A stretch of 64,000 bases of DNA from Octopus sinensis (GCF_006345805.1 NC_042998.1:29326001-29390000); one strand, 5' to 3'. Counted from the first letter of the stretch, positions 24,890 to 37,425 are shown. The notes: a model not told the origin generated them from the sequence alone. Numbers and translations are program-made.

Positions 24890-26157
24890 GTGGAGTTGTC
24901 ACCGCCACCTAAACAAAAAGAGTGGCATGAACGAAGGACCATCACGTACCGGGTTTATGCCAATGAAAAAAAGAAAATAGAAGTCGTCAGTAAGGAGACA
25001 ATAGTAGAAGCATTAAAAAGAACGGAAGAAGACATAACATGCAAGAGGCATAAAATTCGGTGCCGTGGTGGTCCAATTCAAGAATGAAAGTGTGGCGAGG
25101 AAAATGGCAGCGAGAACGTTGACGGAGAGTGGATAGTGGCAGCCGTAATCAGTGGATGTGAGGAAGAAGTTGACATCCTCCATGCTACAGTGAAATATGA
25201 AGGCTTGAAGGGTGCAGTTTTGGAAATAAACGTGCAAGCAGAGGCTGAAATATTGGAACAATTGCCTGAGAATATCAGAATGGGATGTGTTATTGTGAGA
25301 GTGTGGGTGGAGGGCAGAGCTCCACGCTACAAGTGTGGCCTGAAAGGTCACATAAGAGCTAACTTCCCTTGCTCTCAGGTTGACCACTTGGCCTGCTCTC
25401 CAGATGGTCTGCTCACCAGCTGGCCTGCTCTCCTTTTGGCTTGCTCTCCTTTTGGCTTGTTCTCCATTTGGCCTGCTCTCCAGCTTGTGGAACCTCAAAG
25501 AGAGATAGTGGCCAACGAGAAAGAGCAGAAATCAACGGAGAAAGACACAACGGAAGAGGATGAGGTACAAAAAGAATGGGAAGAAGGCAGAAGAAGGAGA
25601 AAGAGAAGAAGGGGAAAAAATAGTGCTGAACCCCAATCCATTCCAACACCACCTGCACCCTCTGAGACCCACACTTCCCCTGTAGACAGTGAACCCACCC
25701 ACTCGCCACCAACAACAAAACAAAAAAAAGAGGCAAACAGACAAGATACCGTAAAAAAACATGGGCGAAAAAAGACGTAAAAGAAATATTGAATGACTAT
25801 CACTGGTGTGACAAGGACAGTGATAGGTACGCTGTAATCTGGAAGAACGTATAGAAGAATTCGTGGAAAAATGTAAAAAGAAAAAATATAAATTGTTTAG
25901 ATTTGAAATAGATGACGAGATAATAACAGAAATGGAAAAGAGATTTGAGATGAAAATAGAGCACAATGTGTATTACATTCAGGATAAAGTATGAAGGACA
26001 GGTAAGTGATGCTAGCGGATGGGGCCGCTAGCATCACTTTCATTTTTCATTTATCAATTTCATATTTCATTTTCCATATTTATGTAATTGTGATGTTTTA
26101 TGTCCCCAATGTTTGTATTGTCCCCTCTGTGTAGCCCTTTATGGGTAATAAAGAAAC
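24890..26157 (+). mobile_element. Non-LTR-type element with a gag-like ORF1 (degenerate CCHC knuckle), no ORF2, terminal hairpin and SINE-B-like tail
   Basis: ORFs 24890-25087 and 25136-25780 are in one frame separated by a single TGA; VWVEGRAPRYKCGLKGHIRANFP resembles a decayed Cx2Cx4Hx4C; 3' end gtcccctctgtgtagccctttatgggtaataaagaaa. Confidence 0.6.
25389..25485 (+). repeat. 16-bp minisatellite x6 (tggcctgctctccann) inside the ORF1
   Basis: tggcctgctctccaga tggtctgctcaccagc tggcctgctctccttt tggcttgctctccttt tggcttgttctccatt tggcctgctctccagc. Confidence 0.9.
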
Positions 26158-26393
26158 GATGTGTTCTGTGTAAAAAACATCCTGATGCGCGGGGGGGGGG
26201 GGGTCAATTTTAAATATATGATATGTTTCATATTAATTGGTGCATCTCCGAAACTTTTATGAACTTTTATGTATTTTTGTAAATTTGTATATTTATCTTC
26301 TATGTATTTTTCTCTGGAATTTTAATTCGTCTTTTTAATATGTCATTGTATGTTTTATTACCCCAAACTTTTAATTTAACAAATTTATACCAA

Positions 26394-26434
26394 ACTAGCA
26401 CTATGACCCGGCAACGCCGGGTCATAATGCAAGT
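26394..26434. repeat. 41-bp GC-cored palindrome resembling a doubled Helitron 3' end
   Basis: actagcactatgacccggc-aac-gccgggtcataatgcaagt. Confidence 0.55.
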
Positions 26435-26454
26435 ATATATGTATATATATATAT

Positions 26455-26690
26455 ATATTGGTGGTGGAGTTGTGAGGTGGGTGTTGTTCTAAAGGAATGT
26501 TTTATGAAGCTATTTAAATATTTGATCCAAATTCTTTCTTTTAGTAATTTTCTATGTTTTAGGTGTTTCTCTGGGGTGGTGGTGCTAATGAAGTGTAAGA
26601 TACATGTCTTTTGATAAAAATGTTTGCTGATAGAAGTGTTTTTTTTATTAATATATAATTTGGTTTGGGAAGGGAGGATGGGGGAGATCA
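26455..26690 (-). pseudogene. Possible Penelope-like GIY-YIG endonuclease C-terminal fragment
   Basis: NTSISKHFYQK...HRKLLKERIWIKYLNS resembles the HF...R..E..WI..L end of PLE endonucleases; short and degenerate. Confidence 0.4.
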
Positions 26691-27504
26691 TGCTAGCTCA
26701 CATATTTACTTATAAGAAGAAAAAATGGAGATAAGGATGTTAATAAACAATTATTATTAACTTCCTTATCCCCATTTTCTTTTCTCGTTTTAAATGGATA
26801 TAAGGATCTATTCCAACTCAATCACAGACTTTTTAATCAATTTCTTTTAACTAAACAGTTTGAAATAAACTCTGAAAGTAAAGACGTACGAAACGTCGTT
26901 TAAGCCCTTCACCCAGAGTTCTAACGGTTCTGCTAGCTCGTCGCTTTCGTGGAAGAACATATTGGAAATATGTATTCATTACTAAAGTTCCATAAAAACA
27001 AATAGATTTTAGAGGATGAAATATTTGCTTCTATAAACACAGGTGCTAAAGAAGCTATTCTGTGCATTCTAAACAAAAGGCTTATGTATTCTACAACAGG
27101 CTTATGTAATAAGTGGTGCTTGGGGTGCACGTGACACTTTATAGCTATCTGTATGGCACGTAAAATGGAATTATAAAGATATAAAAACTGTGTTCTCAAA
27201 ATTTCGTAACCTTATTTGCAGGTCACTCCATGAATTTAAACAATTTCATTTCTTTCGCTATTTTTTATACACTTTTTCTTGCTCATATTCTTATTTACTA
27301 AAGTTACTCAGTTCTACATGCGATGAATATAAAGTAAATTTAAGTGATCTGACCTGGTTTATGAGGAAAAAGGGTTGGTCCATACATACTGTAGCCTTTG
27401 GAATTACAGTTTCTATGGTCAGCAATATCCCAAGTCACGTGAAATAACAAGGAGTTAACAGTTTGGTGAAGCGGATAATTTTTGAACTTGTTTTCTTTCA
27501 AGTA

Positions 27505-28071
27505 CGAGGGTGAGACAAAAAGTAATGCCACTTTGTTTAGGACAGGTATAATTACCAACACAGGAACATGTATCATACATCAAAATGAAGCTGGTCCTCT
27601 GCGGATCACATCCCTACTTCTCAACATAGTCACGGCTTCTCCCAATAGCAATGTTCTACCTTCGAATGAGGGTATGTATTCCTGCCCGTAAAATTCTGTT
27701 GACTGTACCTTGAGCCACTTCTTCACTACAGTTTCCACTTACTCATCACTGGAATAATTTAGCGCCTTCAGACTACCATCTCTTCGGCCTCATGAAAGAA
27801 GGTTTTAGAGGCAATCATTATTCCAGTGACGAGGAAGTGAAAACTGTAGTGAAGAAGTGGCTCAAAGAACAGTCAACTGAATTTTACGGGGCAGGGATAC
27901 ATGCTCTCATTGGAAGGTGGAATATTGCTATTGAGAGAAACGGTGAATATGTTGAGAAGTAGGGATGTGATTCACAGAGGACCAGCTTCATTTTGATGTA
28001 TGATAAATGTTCCTGTGTTGGTAATTATACCTGTCCTAAACAAAATGGCATTAATTTTTGACTCACCCTCG
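27505..28071. mobile_element. Mariner-derived foldback MITE made of two inverted transposase 3' ends
   Basis: TA TSDs; TIR cgagggtgagacaaaaagtaatgcca; arms ~250 bp; right part encodes LAPSDYHLFGLMKEGFRGNHYSSDEEVKTVVKKWLKEQSTEFYGAGIHALIGRWNIAIERNGEYVEK*. Confidence 0.92.
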
Positions 28072-28124
28072 TATATATATGAGCACGTTATCTACCTGTT
28101 TAGTTACTGGGTCAAACTGTTTTC

Positions 28125-28347
28125 TTTATCTTCCCTATTATTACTTTCAAATTTTGGCACGAGGCCAGTAATCTCGGGGGAGGGGGAAAGTTGATTACAT
28201 TGACCCTAGTACTTTGAGCCGGTACTTATTTCATCGACCCCGTAAGGATGAAAGGCAAAGTCGACTTCGGCGGAATTCGAACTCAGAACATGAAGTCACT
28301 AAATGTTTTTCCCGTCTCGGTAACGATTCTGCCAGCTCACTGCCCTT
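28125..28347 (-). mobile_element. SINE family B2
   Basis: Reverse complement has agggcagtgagctggcagaatcgttacc head and ttccgccgaagtcgactttgcctttcatcc body. Confidence 0.8.
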
Positions 28348-28689
28348 ATTTTCTCTATTATTAAAATAAAAAAATAATTGAATCTTTGACTCATGCATAG
28401 TGAACCCCGAAATGATAATTCAGCTACCACGCAACGGATAAGTATATAACAACATGAGAGACTGAGATAAGTGTTGTGGGTCGACATCAACAAAAACTGC
28501 TGCAGATTGAGATTATGGATTGAGAACAGTGATAAATGGAATCTGATATATGGGACTGACCCATAGAACTAGTGAATGTCGCCAATAAACTAAGAATATG
28601 TTTTATATAATGAGCCGTCTCTTGTAGCGATTTAATAATGTGGTACAATGTGACATCTGCTCTAAGTAATGGATCTATGTTTCTATTTC

Positions 28690-29272
28690 TGTATTGCCCA
28701 CAAGGGGCTAAACACAGAGAGGACAAGCAAGGATAGACAAACGGATTAAGCCGATTACGTCGACACCAGTGCGTAACTGGTACTTAATTTATCGACCCCG
28801 AAATGATGAAAGGAAAAGTCGACCTCGGCGGAATTTGAACTCAGAACGTAACGGCAGACGAAATACCTATTTCTTTACTACTCACAAGGGGCTAAGCCCA
28901 GAGAGGACAAACAAGGACAGGCAAACGGATTAAGTTGATTACATCGACCCCAGTGCGTAACTGGTACTTATTTATCGACCCTGAAAGGATGAAAGGAATA
29001 GTCGACCTCGGAGGGATTTGAACTCAGAACGTAACGGCAGACGAAATACCTATTTCTTTACTACTCACAAGGGGCTAAGCCCAGAGAGTACAAACAAGGA
29101 CAGGCAAACGGATTAAGTTGATTACATCGACTCCAGTGCGTAACTGGTACTTAATTTATCGACCCCGAAAGGATGAAAGGAAAAGTCGACCTCGGCGGAA
29201 CGTAATCGCAGACGAAATACCGCTAAGCATTTCGCCCGGCGTGCAAACGTTTCTGCCAGCTCGCCGCCTTTT
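28690..29272 (-). mobile_element. SINE family B head-to-tail trimer (one head, three ~190-bp bodies)
   Basis: Junctions read ...gtagtaaagaaataggtatttcgtctgccgttacgttc... Confidence 0.9.
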
Positions 29273-30002
29273 AATGGAATTATGTTTCTCGGGAATGAAG
29301 GCAGCTACTTGTCTTTGATTCCCTTCAACGCGGAATTATATGTTTTGCTGCCATCATCCGTTTTGCTGCTTTTCTCCCTCATTTGTTCCGTTTGTCTCTC
29401 ACATTCACACTTTTTTTTTATTCTTCTCGCCTCTTCTCTTTCTTTCGTTTCTAATCACAGGCATACAACAATGTAATTGTGCTTGATTTTGTAATATAAG
29501 AAGCTGCACCAATCTCTATAGCTGTAAAATATTAGTATTTTATAGCATATACTATTCTTCAATTTAGATATACGGATCATATCATCGATTTCATGTGTGT
29601 GTGTGTGAGACTCATAAAATTGCTCTTGATGTCAAAATTTCCATGGAGACTATAGAATTACACTTAAGAAGTGGTAGTGATATATTCTGCCATTCATGAT
29701 TAAGTGGATGGACAATTATTTATTATTCCAGCTGACTAACAATAGCACGACAGATTAAAAACGCATATAACGGCATGTTATGTCATCATGTTCCGTTAAT
29801 TCCCGTCGCCTTTGTCATCATAAAACCCTTGCCTGGTGATCAAAACCCGTTTATTAATTTTGGGAAACGTAAATATAGATATTCACATTTGATAATCACA
29901 GCGGACAGATTGTTGGATTACTATTATTTCGGTAATCTTTTAGGTGGTCCGAAAGTCTTGTCACCCCTTACTGAAAAGTAATAATAATAATAGAGCAACA
30001 AT

Positions 30003-30389
30003 CGCCGTGGCACTCCGTCGGCAACGACGAAGTGGGTTCCAGTTGATCCGATCAACGGAACAGCCTGCTCGTGAAATTAACGTGCAAATGGCTGAGCACT
30101 CCACTGACACGTGTACCCTTAACGTGGTTCTCGGGGGGATTCAGCGTGACACGGCGTGTGACAAGGCTGGTCCCTTTGAAATACAAGTACAACAGAAATA
30201 AGAAGAAAAGTGAGAGAAAGTTGTGGTGAAAGAGTACAGCAGGGCTCGCAACTACCTCCTGCCGGAGCTTCGTGTGGCTTTTAGGTGCTTTCGCTCAATA
30301 AACACTCACAACACCCGTTCTAGGAATCGAAACTGAGATCCTACGACCGCGAGTCCGCTGCCCTAACCACTGGGCAATTGCTGTTCCAC
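30003..30389 (-). mobile_element. SINE family C in the left MITE arm
   Basis: Homologous to 16891-17273; TSD agag(c/g)aacaat. Confidence 0.88.
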
Positions 30390-30654
30390 AGAGGAACAAT
30401 ATAATAACAACAAACACATTTAACTGGTTTTAGAACATTCACTTTCATTGACGCTGACACTCTCACACATCAACAAGGTCTGTACAAACATCATCATCTT
30501 CGTGGCACAGAATGATGCGGAGCCATGTCCTTTGTGATACTTGACGAAGCTGTTGTTGTTCATACAGACCTTCTCGATGTGTGTAAGCATTAGCGTCAAT
30601 GAAAGTGAAAATACTAAAACCAGTTAAATGTGTTTGATATTATAGTGTTCCTCT

Positions 30655-31044
30655 AAGGCGGCAAGCTGGCAGAAACTTTAGCACGCCGTGCGAAATGCTT
30701 AGCGGTATTTCGTCTGCCGCTACGTTCTGAGTTCAAATTTCGCCGATGTCCACTTTGCCTTTCATACTTTCGGGGTCTATTAAATAAGTACCAGTTACAC
30801 ACTGGGGTCGATATAATCGACTTAATCCATTTGTCTGTCCTTGTTTGTCCTCTCTGTGTTTAGCCCCTTGTGGGTAGTAAAGAAATAGGTATTTCGCCCG
30901 ACGCTACGTTCTAAGTTCAAATTCCACCGAGGTCGACTTTGCCTTTCATCCTTTCGGGGGTCCATAAATTAAGTACCAGTTGCGTAATGGGGTTGATCTA
31001 ATCACCCCCCCCCAATTTCAGGCCTTGTGCCTATCGTAGAAAGG
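30655..31044 (+). mobile_element. SINE B + B2 chimeric dimer in the right MITE arm
   Basis: Full B unit followed by a headless unit ending in the B2 tail; TSD attata(g/t)tgttcctct. Confidence 0.88.
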
Positions 31045-32461
31045 ATTATATTGTTCCTCTATCGTTCTTATTACTTTTCGATAGGGGGTGACGAAACTTT
31101 CGGACCATCCTATATCTTTTTCCTTTTAAACCTATATCAAGACTGATTCCACCTTCTTTTCTCGTGACTTTGGAATAGAATTCTAAGTGAACTCGTATTA
31201 AATAAGCCTGCTAATGCACATCAGAAAGAATAAAAAGAGTAAAGCAGCTTAGCTTTTGTTAGAAATTTCAAATTTTAGATGATTATCAAGATCTGTTCAA
31301 TCCTTCTCCAATAACGACAAAATACATATCTATATTTTGAGAAAGATTAACAACAGAAACTTTTACGTTAGTCTGCGGTTTAACTTGAAAAGCTCAATTC
31401 GTTGGGGAGTGGCTCTCTTTTTTTAAAAGGTTAGCTTTTACATAATTTCAGTGTATTCTAAAGAACGATAACAAAGATATATTTTGAAATATCTTTTGTG
31501 TCTTTAATACCACGAAATAGTAACATTATCATAGAACACAATGCAATGAGATAAATTATCCACTTTTCATTTAGATATGATTCGTATTGATTTTCGATTT
31601 CTCCTATAGAATATTTGAGATGGCTTAAGAATAATTTCGCTTATATTCACTTTATTATATGCATTCACAATAACAAGAAAACAAAAGGCTCATGTCTGCT
31701 CCAGACAAGGAGAAAGAATGGCTACTTCTTTTGTTTGTTCTATTTTTGTTTCCAAATTACTGCCAAGTTAAAAGATATAATCTTGCCTCTAGGGCAACAA
31801 ATGTTTTCTATTAGAATTTTGCAAGATGGCGTCTATAGTGAAATAGAAGTTAACTTCAACCGATTGTGCTAAAAAGTTTCTATTTGGTGTCGCCCTATGT
31901 TAAAAGAATTTTCCCTCGAGTATAATTCTTATCTCAATAAGCGTAATATTTCCTGAAAAGAAAGGTAAAGAAATTCACGAAACTAATTTTCATTAGACTT
32001 TTAAAGTATTTCATTTCACTACCATCGTCATTAATAAGACAATACTTTGTATCGTCGTATATTTCTTACAGAACAACTTATATAACTATTGCTTGCATAA
32101 TCTGTGAATAATATGCAAGCTTTCAACTTTCACTTTCGCTTTCTCTTCCGTTACAAACCATTGTTCTGACGCTCTGACAGAAAAAAAACGGCATTAGCAA
32201 AAAAGCAATTTTCTTTTCTCACCCACCTTCATGCATGATGGATTAGTTTTATGTGAGAAATAATTATCCAACAAATTAGCGACTACAATACATTAGAGGT
32301 AAGTTATCTTCAAACCAAATCCATTACCTGATCTTGTTTCCTAGTAAGAACAAAGATGAAACCAGGTTACCTCTTCTCTTAAAAAACTTACAGTTTCTCT
32401 TTTGCATCTTTTAAACCCCAAGCATTTTAGCATGCGTTTAAAACAATTATTGCTTACAATA

Positions 32462-32536
<75 letters not shown>

Positions 32537-33329
32537 TTATTGTTAAAAGCTTCTAGCACTTGAACAGACATCAAAGAACAAATGAAGTATCAATCGATAT
32601 GGCATAGGCATATTTTGCTACAGAGAAACTCCAAAAGAAAGTTGGAATTAATTATTTGATATAAAGCTTAATACTCGGAAATATTTTAATATTCTCATCT
32701 CACAATGGATGTAAACGTAACTGTGTGAGTTTAGATAACTATTAATGGTAAAATATATTATATGCACATTATTGATGCTAAAAACATACATAAAGATTGA
32801 GTATCAATGTTATATTGTAATATCTGTATATGTTAATAGCAAATATTCGATAATTTAGAATAATATGAGAGTCATATTCTCTCGCTGTTTTCTCCTCACA
32901 CTCACGATTTCTTTCTCTCTCTCTTACTTTGTATATAAATGTATATAGATATACATACATACATACATACATACATGTATTTAATTAGAGGGTATGTTAA
33001 CCTAGTGAAGGGATGGTTGCATTGAAAGAAATACTGTTTCAATACCTGGTATTTTCGAGGAATTAAATTCCCTTAAAACAATAGCTATATATTAAGCATA
33101 TAGTTTATATCCGGATCTATTCCAGCTCAATCACAGATTTTTTCATTTTTTTTTAACCGTAGAACACGGTTTAATCTGAACGTTTTTGACAAAATTTCGT
33201 ATTTTAGAAGTTATTTCGTGTTAAAATTGTCGTATTTGAGTAATTTCAACCAATCTACGACGTATATTCGGTTAAAGAATGCTACTGCTGTTTACAATAG
33301 TAATCAAAGAGGAACAACTTCCGGGTCAT

Positions 33330-33470
33330 CTCTACTAAATGTCACGTTGCCTTTCATCTTTACTGGGACGATAAAATAAGTACCAGCTGAGCCCTTGGCG
33401 TAGGGTGTCGATGTAACTGATTTTGCCTCGCCTCCGAAATTGCTGGCATTGTGCCAAAATTTGAAACCAA
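33330..33470 (+). mobile_element. SINE B2 3' fragment
   Basis: gttgcctttcatc...gataaaataagtaccagctgag...gtcgatgtaac...aaattgctggcattgtgccaaaatttgaaacc. Confidence 0.7.
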
Positions 33471-36400
33471 TATTTTCTTCTACGATATTGCATCACTGTT
33501 TAAGCGTTGTATAAATAACTCGTGCATGCTGATAGCGAATAATATTCTATCGAAACAAATTCGATCAGATTACATCCGGTTCTTGTTAATAAACGGGTGT
33601 TGATATTTCTAATGAAAAGATGTAAGAATATTGCTATGGTGTAATAAATATATCTTCAAAGTGGAGATTTTTAAGCCAAGAAGGTTCCTAGTTTGGGATA
33701 GTTTTATCGGATATATGTGTACAAATAACTGACAGGAATGAAGTTAATGGTTTTACACATTTTCTCATGGCAAACAAGACGAAATGGCCATAAAAGATCC
33801 AAATTCCTGTCATTTCGGTAAAATTTGTGTAGAAAATTAACGCAATATTGTTTAAAGAATATAAAGATGGATCTATGTCAATCAGTCTGTTGAAAATGGT
33901 TAAATAACAGCGTCATCAATTTTGTAAATCACCAATAAACACGTTCCCATCTTATAGAATTTTCCAGTTATTCGACAATATTGATTTCTTCGTCGTATTT
34001 TTCTGTCACGCTGACTTTAGAATTAGATTCTTCAATATGGTTTTCCTTCTTTAGAAAGTCAAGATGGAACGTAGTTTAGGGGGAAATTTGGTTTTAATTT
34101 ATTGCTGGATTGAGATCCTTTTAACTCAAACCACATCTACTTTTGCATTATCACAAGATTGCATCCATCACATTCACACACCCGATGGACAATGAGAAAT
34201 ATATGAAAAGGAAAGAAGTACTGCGGATGCGAACAGAAATCTTTGCCATTTCCAAGCACGACCGGAACATACCATAACGTCCATATACTCCATCAACCCA
34301 AACGCTATTTAAGAAAATTTTTTCCCCATCAAATTATGACAAATGTAAAAATCCCATACTCGCTCAAAATAAAAATATAAGCTACGCCAGGTTAATATTA
34401 TATTAAAACAAAGACATAAGCTACACCCGATCATTATTATATTGATGAATATAATAATGTTCAGACTGTTCAAGGATGCAAATCAAGAGATATAAAGGTA
34501 AAGAAATAAAAATTGCCATAAACCTGAGTTTAAATTGCTAGCCTCTGCCTAAAGCCTTATTGTACTTACGAGTGTAAAGAAATATACTGAATACAAGGCG
34601 GACACTCAAAACCTGTATTGTACCCTACAACAATGACGCTTTCAATGTCGTAGATATAAAATCGAAAAGAATTGTACGAAGAAAAATTACCAAATGAAAA
34701 CCTGTAATGTTCTACAATTTACGTTTTGCTCAATAACCACAAATATTGGCCTAAATCATCAATGAGTTGAAAAAACACATATATTGATAACTCAAGTACA
34801 AGAACGTATATTTACAGGCTGCAAGAATAAGATTTCGTAATGCACAAGGATATTTATGAAGCATGTGCCGAGAATTAACAGTGAGCGTAAGTTAAAATCA
34901 AGTGTCAATAAATGGATCTTTGCTAAAGCTAAAACGAATTCATTGCTTAAAACGCAACAGAGAAAGGAAATTTGTCTGTCTTTACATCAGATCGATAGCC
35001 TCAAGCATTCGATTTAACGTCGAAAAAATGTTCACACTTTTATAAACTGCATTGCTTTTAAACATTCGTTGTTAAGTGCAGTAAATTCTTGACAATATAT
35101 ATCTAAATGAAGACAACAAAAGCAGGCTGCCTCTACGTAGATACTCCGGTTGATGGTAGTTGGAGCCAAATATAACACAAACGTTTAAAAACGGGAAGGA
35201 CACTTCAGTCAAAAAATGCAGTAGAACAAAGAATACTGTATATTGACCATGGGAGGACCTCTCCTGTGAACTTGTTCTAATATCTATTATCTACTGCTAA
35301 GTACGGATAAATATTACCTTTTACTATCAATACTGCTTTTGTCACTATTGATTAGTTTCTAATAAGCCCGCTGGTTATTTGCAACGCCGGTACCTGAATG
35401 GACACTGACACTCTATGTATATCACTGACGGAGGAATAGCTGCTATCTCTAGCCTGGAAATCTGTCACTGACAAGGCCAAAAAAAAAAAAAGACCGAAAT
35501 CACATGTTCGGGAAGCCCCATTGATGATAACAGTGGATTATCTCCCGCTAGCGATGTAAACACGAGATCTTATATACACCAGAAATCCATATGACAAATT
35601 CTCTCGTGGTAAATAACGTAGTATTTTGTGTTCTAACAAAACATCTACTTTTAATTAAGGATAAATATTACCCTTTGGCATTAATACCGTTTCTGTTGCA
35701 ATTAATAATATTCACAATAATAATTGTATAAGTACAATATACTTGATCGTGTGAACGATATCGTCTTAACTTTGTTACAAATACGACTTAAGAAAATCTA
35801 GTACAATTTTTTTTTAGTTTAAAATGTTAACCAGTAAATTTTTTGGTTCAAAAGAATACGCTACTTCAATACTTTCATTTTAAAACGCATTGGAATCAAT
35901 AACATCCATTAGCGTTTCAGTTAAAAATTCTTGACATTTAGTCAAATTTCATCTTTAACAGCCAAAAAAAGGAAAAAAAAATATTTTTCTATATTTGATT
36001 TAATATTTTTTAATGAAAATCGTTTTTGTTCAATCACCGCTTTGACCTTTCAGATTTTATTTATAACATTTAATCACTTTCTATGTGGATTTTCAAAGAA
36101 ATGTTTCACCGAATTCGTGGATGCTTAAAAATACGAAATCCATTGAAATTGACATGATTTGAAAAACAAACTGAACCGACGACAAAAAAAAAAGCGAAAG
36201 AAATAAAATATCATTCATGAAAAGCAGCCGCACCTTCATAAATTTAACGAGTATATTTTTTCCTCCCAATCATTAGCTTCGGCTAATGATTAGGAGAAAA
36301 ATTGCTAAAATACATTCATAATTTCCTTGAACAAATTGCCGACAACATATGATGACACGTAACAAATTTCTAACTCGACACATCAGGCAAATTTCAATTT

Positions 36401-36778
36401 ACCGTCGCCTGCATTCCATTAATTAATCAGATCGTAAACGCTCATTACTCTCTCTTTTTAGAAATATGATAATTTGCATTTACGAAATTTCAAATGGACT
36501 AAGCAATGCATAATTTAGGTGACATGCTGAGTGAGACAAGTGTGAGACAAAATTCCTGGCTTACAAAGAACTTGCAAGAAAAATAGTACAAGACCCGATG
36601 TGCTGTAGAGAACAAAACGGAAGAATATTCAGTTGTAGGGGCACATCAAACAATTACTTCACAGAATATATCTGACATCCGTCGGTGAAGATTGAACAGG
36701 GATCTGTACATGTATGTCCGTGCCTGAACACAAGTTTTTCGTGTTTAGGAAGAATGATTACATATATTATCTCCCTTT

Positions 36779-37260
36779 AAGGCGGCGAGCTGGCAGAAAC
36801 GTTAGCATGCCGGGCGAAATGCGTAGCCGTATTTCGTCTGTCGTTACGTTCTGAGTTCAAATTCCGCCGAGGTCAACTTTGCCTTTCATCCTTTCGGGGT
36901 CGATAAATTAAGTACCAGTTGCGCACTGGGGTCGATGTAGTCGACTTAATCCGTTTGTCTGTCCTTGTTTGTTCCCTCTGTGTTTAGCCCCTTGTGGGTA
37001 GTAAAGAAATACATATATTATCTCCCTTTAAGGCGGTGAGCTGGCAGAAACGTTTGCATGCCGGGCGAAATGCGTAGCCGTATTTCGTCTGCCGTTACGT
37101 TCTGAGTTCAAATTCCGCCGAGGTCGACTTTGCCTTTCATCCTTTCGGGGTCGATAAATTAAGTACCAGTTACGCACTGGGGTCGATGTAATGGACTTAA
37201 TCCGTTTGTCTGTCCTTGTGTGTCCCCTCTATGTTTAGCCCCTTGTGGGTAATATAGAAA
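36779..37260 (+). mobile_element. Two full SINE B copies in tandem, bounded and separated by three copies of a 21-bp target sequence
   Basis: tacatat(a/g)ttatctcccttt at ~36759, ~37010 and ~37261. Confidence 0.92.
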
Positions 37261-37282
37261 TACATATGTTATCTCCCTTTTA

Positions 37283-37425
37283 AGATCATCTTCTAAATAT
37301 TCACTTTGCACAGCAATACCTCGGCCCTAGCGTTTCTACCACTTTTGGAATCCAGTCTGCAAGTCTTCTGCAAGTGAGTCGAGGACCTTCTGCGATTCGA
37401 TCTGGCTCACGACAACGGTGTTGTT
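37283..37425 (-). mobile_element. Mariner 3' fragment, same family as 41280-41430
   Basis: Reverse complement ccagatcgaatcgcagaaggtcctcgactcac...ctggattccaaaagtgg matches ~41290-41385. Confidence 0.8.

Larger units (their letters stand above)
29943..31110. mobile_element. Tc1/mariner-type long-TIR MITE carrying two nested SINEs
   Basis: Ends taggtggtccgaaagtcttgtcacccc / ggggtgacgaaactttcggaccatccta with flanking TA; inner arms ~30390-30480 and ~30555-30654 are inverted copies. Confidence 0.8.
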
